Positions 36,245 to 44,633 of a stretch of 54,715 bases of DNA are shown one piece after another (positions within the stretch are counted from its first letter, which is position 1; each line of letters starts with the position of its first letter). Origin of the DNA: a virus (lineage: Duplodnaviria > Caudoviricetes); the IMG/VR virus record IMGVR_UViG_3300021478_000035, positions 1-54,715 of that record, one strand, 5' to 3'. The translations under genes and the position numbers were made by a program. The notes beneath the pieces are model-generated. The model saw nothing but the letters and a program-made list of their open reading frames with translations. It ran no database searches and was not told the origin of the DNA.

Positions 36245-37656
36245 GAGTCAGCACCACGCAAAGCGTGGTGCTGACTCATCACGCGGAAGCTGAGGAGCGA
36301 CTCTCTTCCGACGGAGACGAAGCGCTCCTCAATCTCCAGACCGAGGACATTTTTGGGCAACGCGCCCAGACTTTCGGCAGCTCTAATGGAGGAAGCTGCT
36401 CCGCAAGTGGGGTCTAGGAAGCGAGTATTTCCGTCGACGAGGGCACCGAAGAAGTGGCGAAGCATAGGCTCCGGCTTGCATGAGGGATGCAGTTTGCGGT
36501 CGCCTGGACCCGAATAAGAGTCTGCTACTGTGCGAACGAGGGGTCTGCGTCCTCGGTAGGCGAGAAGGGCTGCTTCATATGTGTGACGGGGCCATCTCTG
36601 GCTGTCGCCAACGATGCCGGAGTTGTCTGATTTGTGCCAAATGAGTGGGTAGGGATAGAACTCTAGGGAGTCGGATATCTCCTCGAAGAGGCGAATGGTT
36701 CTCTGCATTAAAGTTGGTTTGGGACTGAGCCAGAACATTAAGTGGCCGAGAGGGGATAGAAGATGATTTAGATTTTTGGCTAAACACTGTGTGAGCGTCC
36801 AGTAGTCGGCTGACTCGTCTGAATAGGCGCCTTCTTGATCTTCTGGCTTGAATTGGCCTGCCCCATCGAAGACGTTCGCTCCATAAGGGAAGTCGCAATG
36901 GATCAGGTTGAAGGTCATACCTGAATAGTTTGGTGCCCACTCCAGGAAGTTCTCCTGAAGAATGGTGCGCTCTACAGCCATCCTTGTCCAGGAGTCAGTC
37001 GAGGACTCAGCCGAGACAGGCTCGGCTGAGTCCTGAATACTGACTGGTTTGGTTTGGGGAGTTACTATTCCTTTCAACAGAGGGGACGGCTCGCCATGTG
37101 TTTGCCCGATCATAGATCGGGCAAACACAGCCATGTCGTTTATCTCGACTTCGTCTTCTCGCTCTTTTCGACGTCTGATTAGATTGCGGGCCTCGTTGAC
37201 GGAGGTGGCCTTTGCAACTCGCGGATCTTTGAGGTGGGTGGCGACGAGCAAGGTGTTGGAGACGTGGCCTGGGTCGAGAGAGAGTGCGTCAGCAGTCTTT
37301 CGCTGGTTCCATTCGGGATCGTTCTTCCCATAGAGGTGATGAAGTTCGGCGACTGCTCGTGTGGAGTCTTGCCATGAGAGGTCTTTGCGCTTTATGTTCT
37401 CTTCAAGCTCAATTACTTTTAGCTCGTCGGTGTTTAGCTCCTCGACCCACCTGATTGGGACGACTGGCATCTGGAGAGCTTTACATGCCTCCCACCTACG
37501 CTCCCCAGCAATCAGCTGGTAGTCTTTGGTGATGATGATGGGGTTGATAAGGCCCACTCGCTTGATACTGGCCTGGAGTGCGGGGTCCGGCTCTAATTTG
37601 CGGCGTTGGCGCGAGTCTCGTTTGACCCAGATGAGAGAGAGGGCAATGTCAGGCAT
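36241..37656 (-). CDS. ParB-like N-terminal domain fused to N6/N4-type DNA methyltransferase domain
   Basis: SIKRVGLINPII..LIAGERRWEA..ELEENIKRKDL; then CDFPYG, HPSCKP, FLDPTCG, GLEI. Confidence 0.8.
   Translation of the reverse strand: MPDIALSLIWVKRDSRQRRKLEPDPALQASIKRVGLINPIIITKDYQLIAGERRWEACKALQMPVVPIRWVEELNTDELKVIELEENIKRKDLSWQDSTRAVAELHHLYGKNDPEWNQRKTADALSLDPGHVSNTLLVATHLKDPRVAKATSVNEARNLIRRRKEREDEVEINDMAVFARSMIGQTHGEPSPLLKGIVTPQTKPVSIQDSAEPVSAESSTDSWTRMAVERTILQENFLEWAPNYSGMTFNLIHCDFPYGANVFDGAGQFKPEDQEGAYSDESADYWTLTQCLAKNLNHLLSPLGHLMFWLSPKPTLMQRTIRLFEEISDSLEFYPYPLIWHKSDNSGIVGDSQRWPRHTYEAALLAYRGRRPLVRTVADSYSGPGDRKLHPSCKPEPMLRHFFGALVDGNTRFLDPTCGAASSIRAAESLGALPKNVLGLEIEERFVSVGRESLLSFRVMSQHHALRGADS
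36243..36279. repeat. Hairpin, AAA loop, in ParB-MTase C-terminus
   Basis: ATGAGTCAGCACCACGC-AAA-GCGTGGTGCTGACTCAT. Confidence 0.9.
37002..37034. repeat. Hairpin in ParB-MTase linker
   Basis: AGGACTCAGCCGAG-ACAGG-CTCGGCTGAGTCCT. Confidence 0.9.
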
Positions 37657-37670
37657 TATCAGATCCTTTC

Positions 37671-37703
37671 AGCATAAAATCGAGCAAAGCTCGATTTTAT
37701 GCT
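37671..37703. repeat. Hairpin, AAA loop, over stop
   Basis: AGCATAAAATCGAGC-AAA-GCTCGATTTTATGCT. Confidence 0.9.
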
Positions 37704-37906
37704 AGGTCGTGCTTCTCAGCTAACCAGTCTGGAATAGTGACTGATACCACTGAGTTGCGTTTGTATTCTTTGTCTTCAAAATCTACTTCGGATTTAGGCA
37801 GCCAAATTACTTCGCTCTCTTCAGACCGTCTGACGCCTATCGCTTTCTTTGTCTGCGTTACGTAGAGCAGGTCGTAGTCCGCTACGTTAGACTTGTACTG
37901 TGGCAT
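37697..37906 (-). CDS. Small hypothetical protein
   Basis: T.KAI...WLPKS.V...IP.WLA motif seen in small phage proteins. Confidence 0.7.
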   Translation of the reverse strand: MPQYKSNVADYDLLYVTQTKKAIGVRRSEESEVIWLPKSEVDFEDKEYKRNSVVSVTIPDWLAEKHDLA

Positions 37907-37908
37907 GT

Positions 37909-38154
37909 TCAGCTCTTGAGTTTGGGATCTATGTGGACTTTGGTCCAGGGGCCAACATTGTCCTGTACCATCTCGGCCAGATGGGCTTCTGTTTCGCCGG
38001 AGAATATCATTACGTCAATTGGCAAATTCAGTTCTTTGCCATCAACTTTTATAAATGTGTCGCCTGGCTCGGCGCGGAACTTGTCGAGGTTATTAAAGGC
38101 CAGCCCCAATATGAGAGTGTTACGGCCATTTATCCGTGCAGTAGCTTTAAGCAT
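37909..38154 (-). CDS. Hypothetical protein
   Basis: Fits the operon; LILGL..NL...IF.GETE. Confidence 0.7.
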   Translation of the reverse strand: MLKATARINGRNTLILGLAFNNLDKFRAEPGDTFIKVDGKELNLPIDVMIFSGETEAHLAEMVQDNVGPWTKVHIDPKLKS

Positions 38155-38172
38155 AAGAAGTCCCCAGATTTA

Positions 38173-38257
38173 GACCAGCCGAGATTTACTCGGCTGGTCA
38201 AGGACTGTAGCCCTCCCACAGTCCTTGCGTAGTCTCACGCTTGCGTGAGACTACGCA
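38173..38257. repeat. Three back-to-back hairpins after the SSB gene
   Basis: GACCAGCCGAG-N5-CTCGGCTGGTC; AAGGACTGT-N9-ACAGTCCTT; TGCGTAGTCTCACGC-TT-GCGTGAGACTACGCA. Confidence 0.9.
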
Positions 38258-38682
38258 GTGCCGATTAATTGCTGGGCGACGGCCCATGTCTCACCAGTCT
38301 TCTTGGAGATCTGGTGTTTCACGGCGGCGAGGACTTCTTTGCCGACCAGCTCATAGTTAGTCTGCTCGGTGATCTCGCCTGTGATCCCGCACTGCTGGCA
38401 TAGGCGGCCATATTTGTAGTCGAGTGGCATCCAGTAGTCGCACCAGACTGAGCGTTGGGTGATGTTCTCGATCACCCCCTTTTGGGCCTCGTCGATGGAG
38501 TCATCAGCTGGCCATCCGAGGAGCCGGGCATGGATGCGGAGAATGGGTGTCTGCTCCGCATTCCGAGCCGCCGTCAGCTCGAATTTGGAGATGACTGCCG
38601 GATAGTCTCCGATGGGGATTGTGGGTGGCCCCTTCACTAAATCCTCCACTCGGCCTTTCATTAATTCTGCTAAATTTGCCAT
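38251..38682 (-). CDS. Putative ssDNA-binding protein (DUF669-like)
   Basis: P.G.Y.A.I...E and LVGK.V...VKH; AAGGAG RBS; in the recombination cluster. Confidence 0.6.
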   Translation of the reverse strand: MANLAELMKGRVEDLVKGPPTIPIGDYPAVISKFELTAARNAEQTPILRIHARLLGWPADDSIDEAQKGVIENITQRSVWCDYWMPLDYKYGRLCQQCGITGEITEQTNYELVGKEVLAAVKHQISKKTGETWAVAQQLIGTA

Positions 38683-38725
38683 TACTTATTGCTCCTTGGT
38701 TTTTTGGGCATCTGCCCGGCTTTAT

Positions 38726-38758
38726 AAAGTTTTCGGAAGCTTGTCTTCCGAAAACTTT
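38726..38758. repeat. Hairpin, CTTGT loop
   Basis: AAAGTTTTCGGAAG-CTTGT-CTTCCGAAAACTTT. Confidence 0.9.
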
Positions 38759-38818
38759 TTCATCCCCAAATTTTTTCCTCTGGGAATGAATTCACATATT
38801 TCTTCTGCATTTCTGCTT

Positions 38819-39148
38819 CTAAAGCTCACGGACTGGAAGCTCGGAGATTGGTTCGTCAGGTTGTAGTGGTCCCAGCTCTCTGATCATTCCTGGGCTATTA
38901 AGGAGTTCCCAGAGCCACGGTGGAATGTCTAGGAGGGTGATTGTACGATAAACGATATTCCGACTCAAAGCGGTTCCTCGGCTTAAAGTGGTTTCTCGAA
39001 TTTTAAGCTCGATTTTGTCAATGTGAATGTCTTTAACGTCTGGTGAGTCGTGCTTGCGCGTGTAGGGCACTTCGATGCGATAGTCATAGACCGCATCGAT
39101 ATGGTAGGGACCGAACTCGGCGATTGTTATGGTGTCTTGAAGCCTCAT
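38819..39148 (-). CDS. Hypothetical protein
   Basis: ATGA overlap, AAGGAG RBS. Confidence 0.6.
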   Translation of the reverse strand: MRLQDTITIAEFGPYHIDAVYDYRIEVPYTRKHDSPDVKDIHIDKIELKIRETTLSRGTALSRNIVYRTITLLDIPPWLWELLNSPGMIRELGPLQPDEPISELPVREL

Positions 39149-40044
39149 TGAATAACACTCCTTACGGCTGCGAAGTAGTCGGCTAATCCGGTCTCGATCG
39201 GATATGTTTGTTTAATTTTGCCGGGAGCCGCACTCTTTAGCTCGACGACACCGTCCGATTGGGTGACGATGGAGTGGCGGTTGCCGATTGTAGCTGCTCG
39301 GATTGTGTGGTTGAAGTAGGTGCCGATCTCCCGGTTAAGGGCTCTACCTGGACCAGCTGGGAGACCGTGAAGGATCTCGTTCTGGTCGGTATCGTAGGCG
39401 ATGTGGGCACAGCAGACGACGTTACACTTGATAGAGGCGTCGAAGAAAGTGGAGAGGACGTCGATGATCATCCCTTGCACAGTGCCCCACTCTGGTTGAG
39501 TGGGGTTCTGACCCAGGCGGTTGTTGATTGCAAGAATAAAGTTGAGGGCGGTGCGCCATGCGTGAGTAAGGGAGTCGAAGACGAGGACATCTTGCGACGT
39601 CCACGTATAGACTGAGCCGAATGACTTTTGGGTGACGGGATCTTTCCAGTCCGTGCAGATGAGGTCGACGGCCTTCTGCCATGCCGCTGCATTGACAGGG
39701 ATAGCACTGACTTTGTAACCTCTTACATCTTTGCCTTCGTAGACTGGCACTTTCTTAGCGATACGCCGGTCTTGGAGAGGAATTATTGAAGTGGTGGCGT
39801 ACTCCTCTTTGGTGAGGAGGTTGCGAAGGATTTCGGTGCCATTGTCGAAGTCCATGATGCGGACATTGTATCCCGCCTTCACGAGGGAGGCGAGGCTCCC
39901 CGTCTTGCCAGAGCCGGGGTCACCCAGCATTAGGATTTTGACCGGGGAATAAGCAAGCGGCGCTTGCTTATTCCCAAAGAGGTCTTCTTTTTGAGTCTGA
40001 GCAGTTTGCTCAGACTCAAGCTTCGCTTGAGGCTGATCGTTCAT
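39145..40044 (-). CDS. AAA_24 / Sak4-like ATPase
   Basis: GDPGSGKT, MDFDNG, VFDSLT, CCAH; start set at the ATGA overlap at 40044. Confidence 0.85.
   Translation of the reverse strand: MNDQPQAKLESEQTAQTQKEDLFGNKQAPLAYSPVKILMLGDPGSGKTGSLASLVKAGYNVRIMDFDNGTEILRNLLTKEEYATTSIIPLQDRRIAKKVPVYEGKDVRGYKVSAIPVNAAAWQKAVDLICTDWKDPVTQKSFGSVYTWTSQDVLVFDSLTHAWRTALNFILAINNRLGQNPTQPEWGTVQGMIIDVLSTFFDASIKCNVVCCAHIAYDTDQNEILHGLPAGPGRALNREIGTYFNHTIRAATIGNRHSIVTQSDGVVELKSAAPGKIKQTYPIETGLADYFAAVRSVIQ
39945..40036. repeat. Stacked/overlapping hairpins in the AAA_24 N-terminus
   Basis: 39945-39975, 39991-40019 and 40010-40036. Confidence 0.9.
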
Positions 40045-40250
40045 TTGGATATTCCCTTGCTCTCTTCTTCTGGTAATTTGTAATGGCAGGTGATGGGGAT
40101 ACAGTGGAGGCCGTGAAACTGGGCGTCTTTGATCTCTTCGTGGGTTGGCCATCCAAGGAAGATTTTCCAGCATTCTGGAACGTTCTCATAGAGACCAATG
40201 TGGATCAGCGCACATTGACGAGTGTCATAAATACCATAGGGCATTTTCAT
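40041..40250 (-). CDS. Hypothetical protein
   Basis: Coupled on both sides; W..FLGWP..EEI. Confidence 0.6.
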   Translation of the reverse strand: MKMPYGIYDTRQCALIHIGLYENVPECWKIFLGWPTHEEIKDAQFHGLHCIPITCHYKLPEEESKGISK

Positions 40251-40579
40251 TAATGTTCCTTTTCCTGCTGGATTATGGTTTGGAGGCGTGTAATCTCTTC
40301 GATGGGGTCGTCTTCGTTGTTAATATCTTCAAAATCAGTAGTCGGAGTAGGCCGTCTAACAGGGGTGACTTCTTTATTACGAAGACGGCTCTCAACGTAA
40401 GCTTCAATAGATTTGACTGGAATTTTTCGAGACCCGCCATCCTTAAAGCTTTCAAGTTTACCAGTATTCATTAACATGTAACATTGCGTCAGCCCAATAC
40501 TTAGCATAACGCAGGCTTGTGCAGGAGAAACAATAAGCGGATGAATGTCTATGGACTGCTTGTTAAACTTGTTTTTCAT
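40250..40579 (-). CDS. Excisionase-like HTH (HTH_17/MerR-type) DNA-binding protein
   Basis: SPAQACVMLSIGLTQCYMLMNTGKLESFKDGGSRKIP..SIEAYV. Confidence 0.8.
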   Translation of the reverse strand: MKNKFNKQSIDIHPLIVSPAQACVMLSIGLTQCYMLMNTGKLESFKDGGSRKIPVKSIEAYVESRLRNKEVTPVRRPTPTTDFEDINNEDDPIEEITRLQTIIQQEKEH

Positions 40580-41589
40580 CTCGGCTCCCCGGCTGGGTCC
40601 CAGCGTCTGATCTGAAAAGTGGCGTCCATGATCGGCTTGCGAGCTAATGGGCTGCGCCCACATATTTCGCGAAACTGGCATCCACCATACAGCCCACACG
40701 CCTTATCATTTTGCGGGTAAGCGGTTTCGGGGGAGGCAGCTGAAGCTGCCTCCGAAGCGCAGTGTTCCATCAACGACACCCACCAGGGGAGGGCTTGGAG
40801 CCACTCATCCAGAACTGGTTGGGGGCGGTAGACGGGAAAGCGCTGGAAGCGGACAAAGTTGACGCCGATCTGGGCGGCATCCAGGAGGACGCCTCTAGCG
40901 GGAACACCGAGGGCTATTCGACCGGCGAGGGTGTAGAGAGTGAATTGGTTGTCTGGAGTGAAGCGCTCTGCATACTTTGATCCGATCTGCTCGTAGGTTG
41001 TTTTGAGGTCGGCTATGTAAATGTCTTCGTTGAGCTGGACGAGCCGGTCTATGTGTCCGCAGAGGAGGATCTGTTCGTTGGTCAAGGAGCGGAAGCCAGC
41101 ATCAAACAGGAATGTCAACTCCACAGCGGGTTTGCCATTATCCAGCTGTAATGTCTTTAGGGGGGAGCCCTGCTTCTCGTAATGATCTAAGTACTCGACA
41201 GCGAACCGGATAAGTGAGACTCGGTTCTTCTGCGCATCGTCAAATGCTGGACGATTAGCTTTGTAGTCCCATGTGCCAGCCAAAGCCTTCACAATTGTGG
41301 CTTCTAGGGCTTCTTCGTGCTCGATCCCTTGAGATCGAGCGCGCTGATAGTGTTCGGAGACGTGGTGGGCGGCGGAGCCGAAATCCAAGTTTATCTGGAC
41401 GCCGACTTTGGTGTAGCCGCAGATGATTGTATAGTAGTAGTAGCGGGGGCATTGCTTGAACGCGCCCAGAGACGTGGAGTCGATGGCGGTCTGGAAGCGT
41501 GGTAGCTTCTGTGAGAAGCTTTTATTATTTTCCCAGTTGAAGGTTTGCTTGCGCAAACCTTCAACAGAGGCAGTTTCTTGATTATTCAC
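40576..41589 (-). CDS. PD-(D/E)XK exonuclease (RecB/Cas4-like, Cys-ligated)
   Basis: SSL..FKQCPR.Y, GSAAH, GHIDRL, ADLKTT, Q..LY, C..YGGCQFREIC. Confidence 0.88.
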   Translation of the reverse strand: MNNQETASVEGLRKQTFNWENNKSFSQKLPRFQTAIDSTSLGAFKQCPRYYYYTIICGYTKVGVQINLDFGSAAHHVSEHYQRARSQGIEHEEALEATIVKALAGTWDYKANRPAFDDAQKNRVSLIRFAVEYLDHYEKQGSPLKTLQLDNGKPAVELTFLFDAGFRSLTNEQILLCGHIDRLVQLNEDIYIADLKTTYEQIGSKYAERFTPDNQFTLYTLAGRIALGVPARGVLLDAAQIGVNFVRFQRFPVYRPQPVLDEWLQALPWWVSLMEHCASEAASAASPETAYPQNDKACGLYGGCQFREICGRSPLARKPIMDATFQIRRWDPAGEPR

Positions 41590-41803
41590 TAGGTGGTTCC
41601 TCCTTCATAGGTTCTTGCGAGCTTGTCTCGCAAGAACCTATTATTTCGCAGTCTAGGACTTTGCGAAGCACCGCTTCTCGATCGAGAGTTAGTTTCATTT
41701 TGCGGATATAGCTGCACATGTGGCAGAGGGTGGCTTCAGGATCGCCATTATAGGAGAAGACGTGCGATTTGCAGTCTTCGCAGATAAATTCACGCGGCTC
41801 CAT
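41582..41803 (-). CDS. Small zinc-ribbon protein
   Basis: CEDC...CHMC; GAGGAG RBS. Confidence 0.6.
   Translation of the reverse strand: MEPREFICEDCKSHVFSYNGDPEATLCHMCSYIRKMKLTLDREAVLRKVLDCEIIGSCETSSQEPMKEEPPSE
41607..41641. repeat. Hairpin, CTTGT loop
   Basis: ATAGGTTCTTGCGAG-CTTGT-CTCGCAAGAACCTAT. Confidence 0.9.
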
Positions 41804-41804
41804 C

Positions 41805-41839
41805 TCAAGTCTCCTCAAGCTTTGTTTGAGGAGACTTGA
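41805..41839. repeat. Hairpin, AAA loop on minus strand, over stop/RBS
   Basis: TCAAGTCTCCTCAAGC-TTT-GTTTGAGGAGACTTGA. Confidence 0.9.
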
Positions 41840-41996
41840 AGACTTCGAACGTGATTACGATCCTGCCAGTGTATGGATCGTGGGCGATTAGGATATCGTT
41901 TCCCACGATGGTCAGGCCGTGCTTTTCAACATGGACGCTGATAGGTGTGCGCAGCGTCTTAGCAAACTGTTTGGTCAACTCTTCACTCTCCACCAT
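41805..41996 (-). CDS. Hypothetical protein
   Basis: GAGG RBS before MVESEEL. Confidence 0.5.
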   Translation of the reverse strand: MVESEELTKQFAKTLRTPISVHVEKHGLTIVGNDILIAHDPYTGRIVITFEVFKSPQTKLEET

Positions 41997-42016
41997 TTTC
42001 AGCCTCAAAAAAGCTT

Positions 42017-42054
42017 GGTGGGTCTGAATGGGCTTTAGCCCATTCAGACTCACC
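42017..42054. repeat. Hairpin, CTTTAG cap
   Basis: GGTGGGTCTGAATGGGCT-TT-AGCCCATTCAGACTCACC. Confidence 0.9.
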
Positions 42055-42961
42055 TGCAGCATGGGACACAGGTCTCTGGGCCTTCGGGGTAGGGTGGCTC
42101 GGGCTCGGGCTCTGGTACGATGCTTCGGTTGGCAAACCAGTCATGGTAAACCTGCTGCATTGCTGTGTCACGAGATAGGCAGTCGGTGGATTGTTCTTGG
42201 CAAGACCAAGCGTAGGCATATTCCATCATTGGAGTGGGGAGGCGTTTGTGCCATGTTTCGAGGATTTTCTGGGTCTGCGCTACGGTGGGCATCAGGAATA
42301 CGCCGCCAGTAGCTTCGGTGCGCCAACCGGCAAATGCTTGGTAGGTTGGGACTAGGTTGGCGGTGGGGATGTGTTTTTCCGCGGCGTCGACGTAGCGGTC
42401 CACCATACTCCAGTCACATCCGTCCTCCATGCCGGGGTGGCCGACGAAGTCTGAGCGGCACATATACGAGCCAACGCCAAACGCATCAATGCCAGTGTTG
42501 CCAGGGTAATAATCATCGTAATTAGGATTTTTCTGCCCATCACTGTTGCCCATTTTGATATATGTTTTGGCGGTGGGGATGATTGATTTGATGTAACGTG
42601 TCTCTGCGAGGAGGTTGCCGGGTGGGCAGGGTGGCTTGCCGCCATAGCCTTTTATGTAGGGCTCGTCTATTAGATAGAAGCCCCAGAGCTTTGCATTGTC
42701 CCGGAAAGGGTCGATGAAGGCGCGGAACGCTGAGGTGTCACCTCCACAGCCAATTGAGCTGGATACGTAGATTAGGCCCAGGACTTTTTCGGGGAGGCGG
42801 TTGAGGTTGGAGACGCTGTTTACGTCGGCCAGATTGAAGCCGACTGGTCCGGGGGCGTATTCGCCATTCACGAGGTTGCCACCCGAGGTGAAGTGCAGGG
42901 TGGTTTGTCCGATTGCTGGGGAGGTGAGTAGGATTGTGGTGATGAGTAGATGGGCTTTCAT
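42050..42961 (-). CDS. Secreted glycoside-hydrolase-like (TIM-barrel-like) protein
   Basis: Signal peptide MKAHLLITTILLTSPAIG; GFNLADV, LWGFYLIDEP, LVPTYQAF, EYAYAW; AAGGAG RBS. Confidence 0.6.
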   Translation of the reverse strand: MKAHLLITTILLTSPAIGQTTLHFTSGGNLVNGEYAPGPVGFNLADVNSVSNLNRLPEKVLGLIYVSSSIGCGGDTSAFRAFIDPFRDNAKLWGFYLIDEPYIKGYGGKPPCPPGNLLAETRYIKSIIPTAKTYIKMGNSDGQKNPNYDDYYPGNTGIDAFGVGSYMCRSDFVGHPGMEDGCDWSMVDRYVDAAEKHIPTANLVPTYQAFAGWRTEATGGVFLMPTVAQTQKILETWHKRLPTPMMEYAYAWSCQEQSTDCLSRDTAMQQVYHDWFANRSIVPEPEPEPPYPEGPETCVPCCR

Positions 42962-42965
42962 TTTA

Positions 42966-43199
42966 TTACTCCTTCAAAGGATTGAGCTTTAGCTCAATCC
43001 TTTTCCATTGGATTAGTTCTAAGTATCCGCCACGCTCCCAGATTGCGTCACGGTATCCCATTGGTTCAATGCAGAAACGCCAAGACTGGTCAGTCTCTAC
43101 TATGAAGGTGAGAAGCTCTATCTGAGGCCAGCCTCGGTGGTGGCGGTTCGGTGCAAGCGCTCCTGAAGTTTGACGAAGCTTGTCTTCGTCAAACGTCAT
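42966..43199 (-). CDS. Hypothetical protein
   Basis: ATGA overlap. Confidence 0.45.
   Translation of the reverse strand: MTFDEDKLRQTSGALAPNRHHRGWPQIELLTFIVETDQSWRFCIEPMGYRDAIWERGGYLELIQWKRIELKLNPLKE
43168..43194. repeat. Hairpin, CTTGT loop
   Basis: GTTTGACGAAG-CTTGT-CTTCGTCAAAC. Confidence 0.9.
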
Positions 43200-43468
43200 T
43201 TGTCGTCCCCAAAAAGCAGTTCTTCTGCGGTTAATAAAGTTTTCACGGGGAGGACCTCGGCCATCTTTGATGGCCGAGGGACTCTCCGTCCAGCTTCCTC
43301 AGCTGCGCGGTTGCGTTCCGCTTGGGCTCGAAGCTCTAGGATGAGGCGCTTGAATTGTTCGGGGTGCTGTTGGTAGAGGGCGAGGGGCTCGCGGTTGAAG
43401 AGTTCGGCCATAGACCATTCGGGGTCTGCGGTGGTTAATAGATTGGATTGAGGGAGCTCGTCAGCCAT
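43196..43468 (-). CDS. Hypothetical protein with C-terminal AEELLFGDD motif
   Basis: SMAELFNREPL; coupled to its neighbours. Confidence 0.65.
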   Translation of the reverse strand: MADELPQSNLLTTADPEWSMAELFNREPLALYQQHPEQFKRLILELRAQAERNRAAEEAGRRVPRPSKMAEVLPVKTLLTAEELLFGDDK

Positions 43469-43724
43469 TGTAATTTCTTTCTGTTTTTAGAGGCTCAAGG
43501 GGCTTGTCCCCTTGAGCCTCTAAATGATCTAAAAGCTTCTCGCCGGCCTCTTGGGTCAGGTAGCGCTCTTCACGGAGCTGGAGAACTACGCGGTGGAGCA
43601 TTTCGCGCACCCAGGAGCCGGGAGGGAGGCGAGTGCGAGCTGCTACATGGGAGGAGACGTAATCCCAGTCTTCGTCGTAGAGCCATAAGTGACGACGGGA
43701 CTGGGGGCGGATCACTCTACGCAT
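43461..43724 (-). CDS. Ribbon-helix-helix-like small protein
   Basis: RRHLWLYDEDW...WVREMLH pattern; AAGGA RBS. Confidence 0.55.
   Translation of the reverse strand: MRRVIRPQSRRHLWLYDEDWDYVSSHVAARTRLPPGSWVREMLHRVVLQLREERYLTQEAGEKLLDHLEAQGDKPLEPLKTERNYNG
43486..43524. repeat. Hairpin, CTTGT loop
   Basis: TTTAGAGGCTCAAGGGG-CTTGT-CCCCTTGAGCCTCTAAA. Confidence 0.9.
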
Positions 43725-43742
43725 CTTCTATTCCTTTTTTGA

Positions 43743-43881
43743 GCAGGCTGTCGGGCTTGTCCCGACAGCCTGCCGTCGCAGCTTTGCAGCGGGGGACTAC
43801 AGCTGCGGCTAAGGAGCCCGACCGGGAGGACAGGCTCCTATCTCTTGTGGTTTGGGAGATCTTTAGATCTCCCAAACCACA
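43743..43881. repeat. Hairpin cluster
   Basis: GCAGGCTGTCGGG-CTTGT-CCCGACAGCCTGC (43743-43773) and TGTGGTTTGGGAGATCT-TT-AGATCTCCCAAACCACA (43846-43881), with weaker stems between. Confidence 0.9.
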
Positions 43882-44090
43882 CGCCCTAATCCGATGAGAA
43901 TGAAGGTGGCACCTGGGACGTATAGGATGTCGTAGGCTAACCCACTCTGGAGGATGTGGAGCGCAAACAAGGCAAGAAGGAGTGCGACGAGGCCGATGCT
44001 CAGAAAATCGAGCGTTGACCAGCTGCGGAACGGCGTCGATAGAAGGCGGCAAGACTTATTAAGCCAAAGCCGGTGAGGAGCATTGCCCAT
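43863..44090 (-). CDS. Possible small membrane protein (start unclear)
   Basis: Two hydrophobic segments, but overlaps the PEP-CTERM gene by about 90 nt. Confidence 0.3.
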   Translation of the reverse strand: MGNAPHRLWLNKSCRLLSTPFRSWSTLDFLSIGLVALLLALFALHILQSGLAYDILYVPGATFILIGLGRVVWEI

Positions 44091-44593
44091 GTTGATGGTT
44101 CCGGAATTGTCGCCTGGATAGCGGTTGCGGTGCCGTCGATGGCTAGTCTGATGCGAGATGAACCGCTGGTGCCGTTGATCTCGGCAAAATAGTTTCCGGC
44201 GCGGAGGATGTCGGGAGCGACTGTGGCTTCTTGGCCGCCAACGACATTGTTGATGGGCGAGCTTTCAATCAGGGAGCCGGCTGGGATGAAGAGTGGTGCA
44301 GGCCCTGTTGAGGTATGGTTGTTGATCGACAGGAAGCCGTCAACGACTGCCAAGTTGCCGATGCCGCTGTCGGACATCGAGACAGTGACGAGTTCTGTGG
44401 TGGGCAGAGAGAATTCGAAGAACTGGGCGAAGGTGACGCCTCGTCCAGGTGTTGACTCAGCCGGAAGTGAGTCCGACTGGTTTAGGATTGGGCCGACGTT
44501 ATCGACCGTTACCGTCGCAGCAAACGCGGGAGCAAGTCCCGCGTTTGCTAGTCCAGTAGTGGCTAAAAGGCTTATGAGTAGGAGTCTTTTCAT
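44000..44593 (-). CDS. PEPxxWA-CTERM (PEP-CTERM) exosortase-target surface protein, FxDxF-like
   Basis: Signal peptide; TFAQFFEFSL; C-terminal IPEPSTWAMLLTGFGLISLAAFYRRR (PEP, TM helix, basic cluster). Confidence 0.9.
   Translation of the reverse strand: MKRLLLISLLATTGLANAGLAPAFAATVTVDNVGPILNQSDSLPAESTPGRGVTFAQFFEFSLPTTELVTVSMSDSGIGNLAVVDGFLSINNHTSTGPAPLFIPAGSLIESSPINNVVGGQEATVAPDILRAGNYFAEINGTSGSSRIRLAIDGTATAIQATIPEPSTWAMLLTGFGLISLAAFYRRRSAAGQRSIF
44519..44549. repeat. Hairpin within the PEP-CTERM signal-peptide codons
   Basis: AGCAAACGCGGGA-GCAAG-TCCCGCGTTTGCT. Confidence 0.9.
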
Positions 44594-44633
44594 TATAGAG
44601 TTCCTCTGAAGATGACTGGTGTCATCTGCCTTA

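Noticed and set aside
40250-40579. Evidence for an integrated prophage
   Set aside because: Only an excisionase-like HTH is present; no integrase, att site or host genes are visible, so lifestyle is undetermined
40576-41589. Cas4 as evidence of a CRISPR system
   Set aside because: It sits in an SSB/AAA_24 recombination cluster with no other cas genes or array
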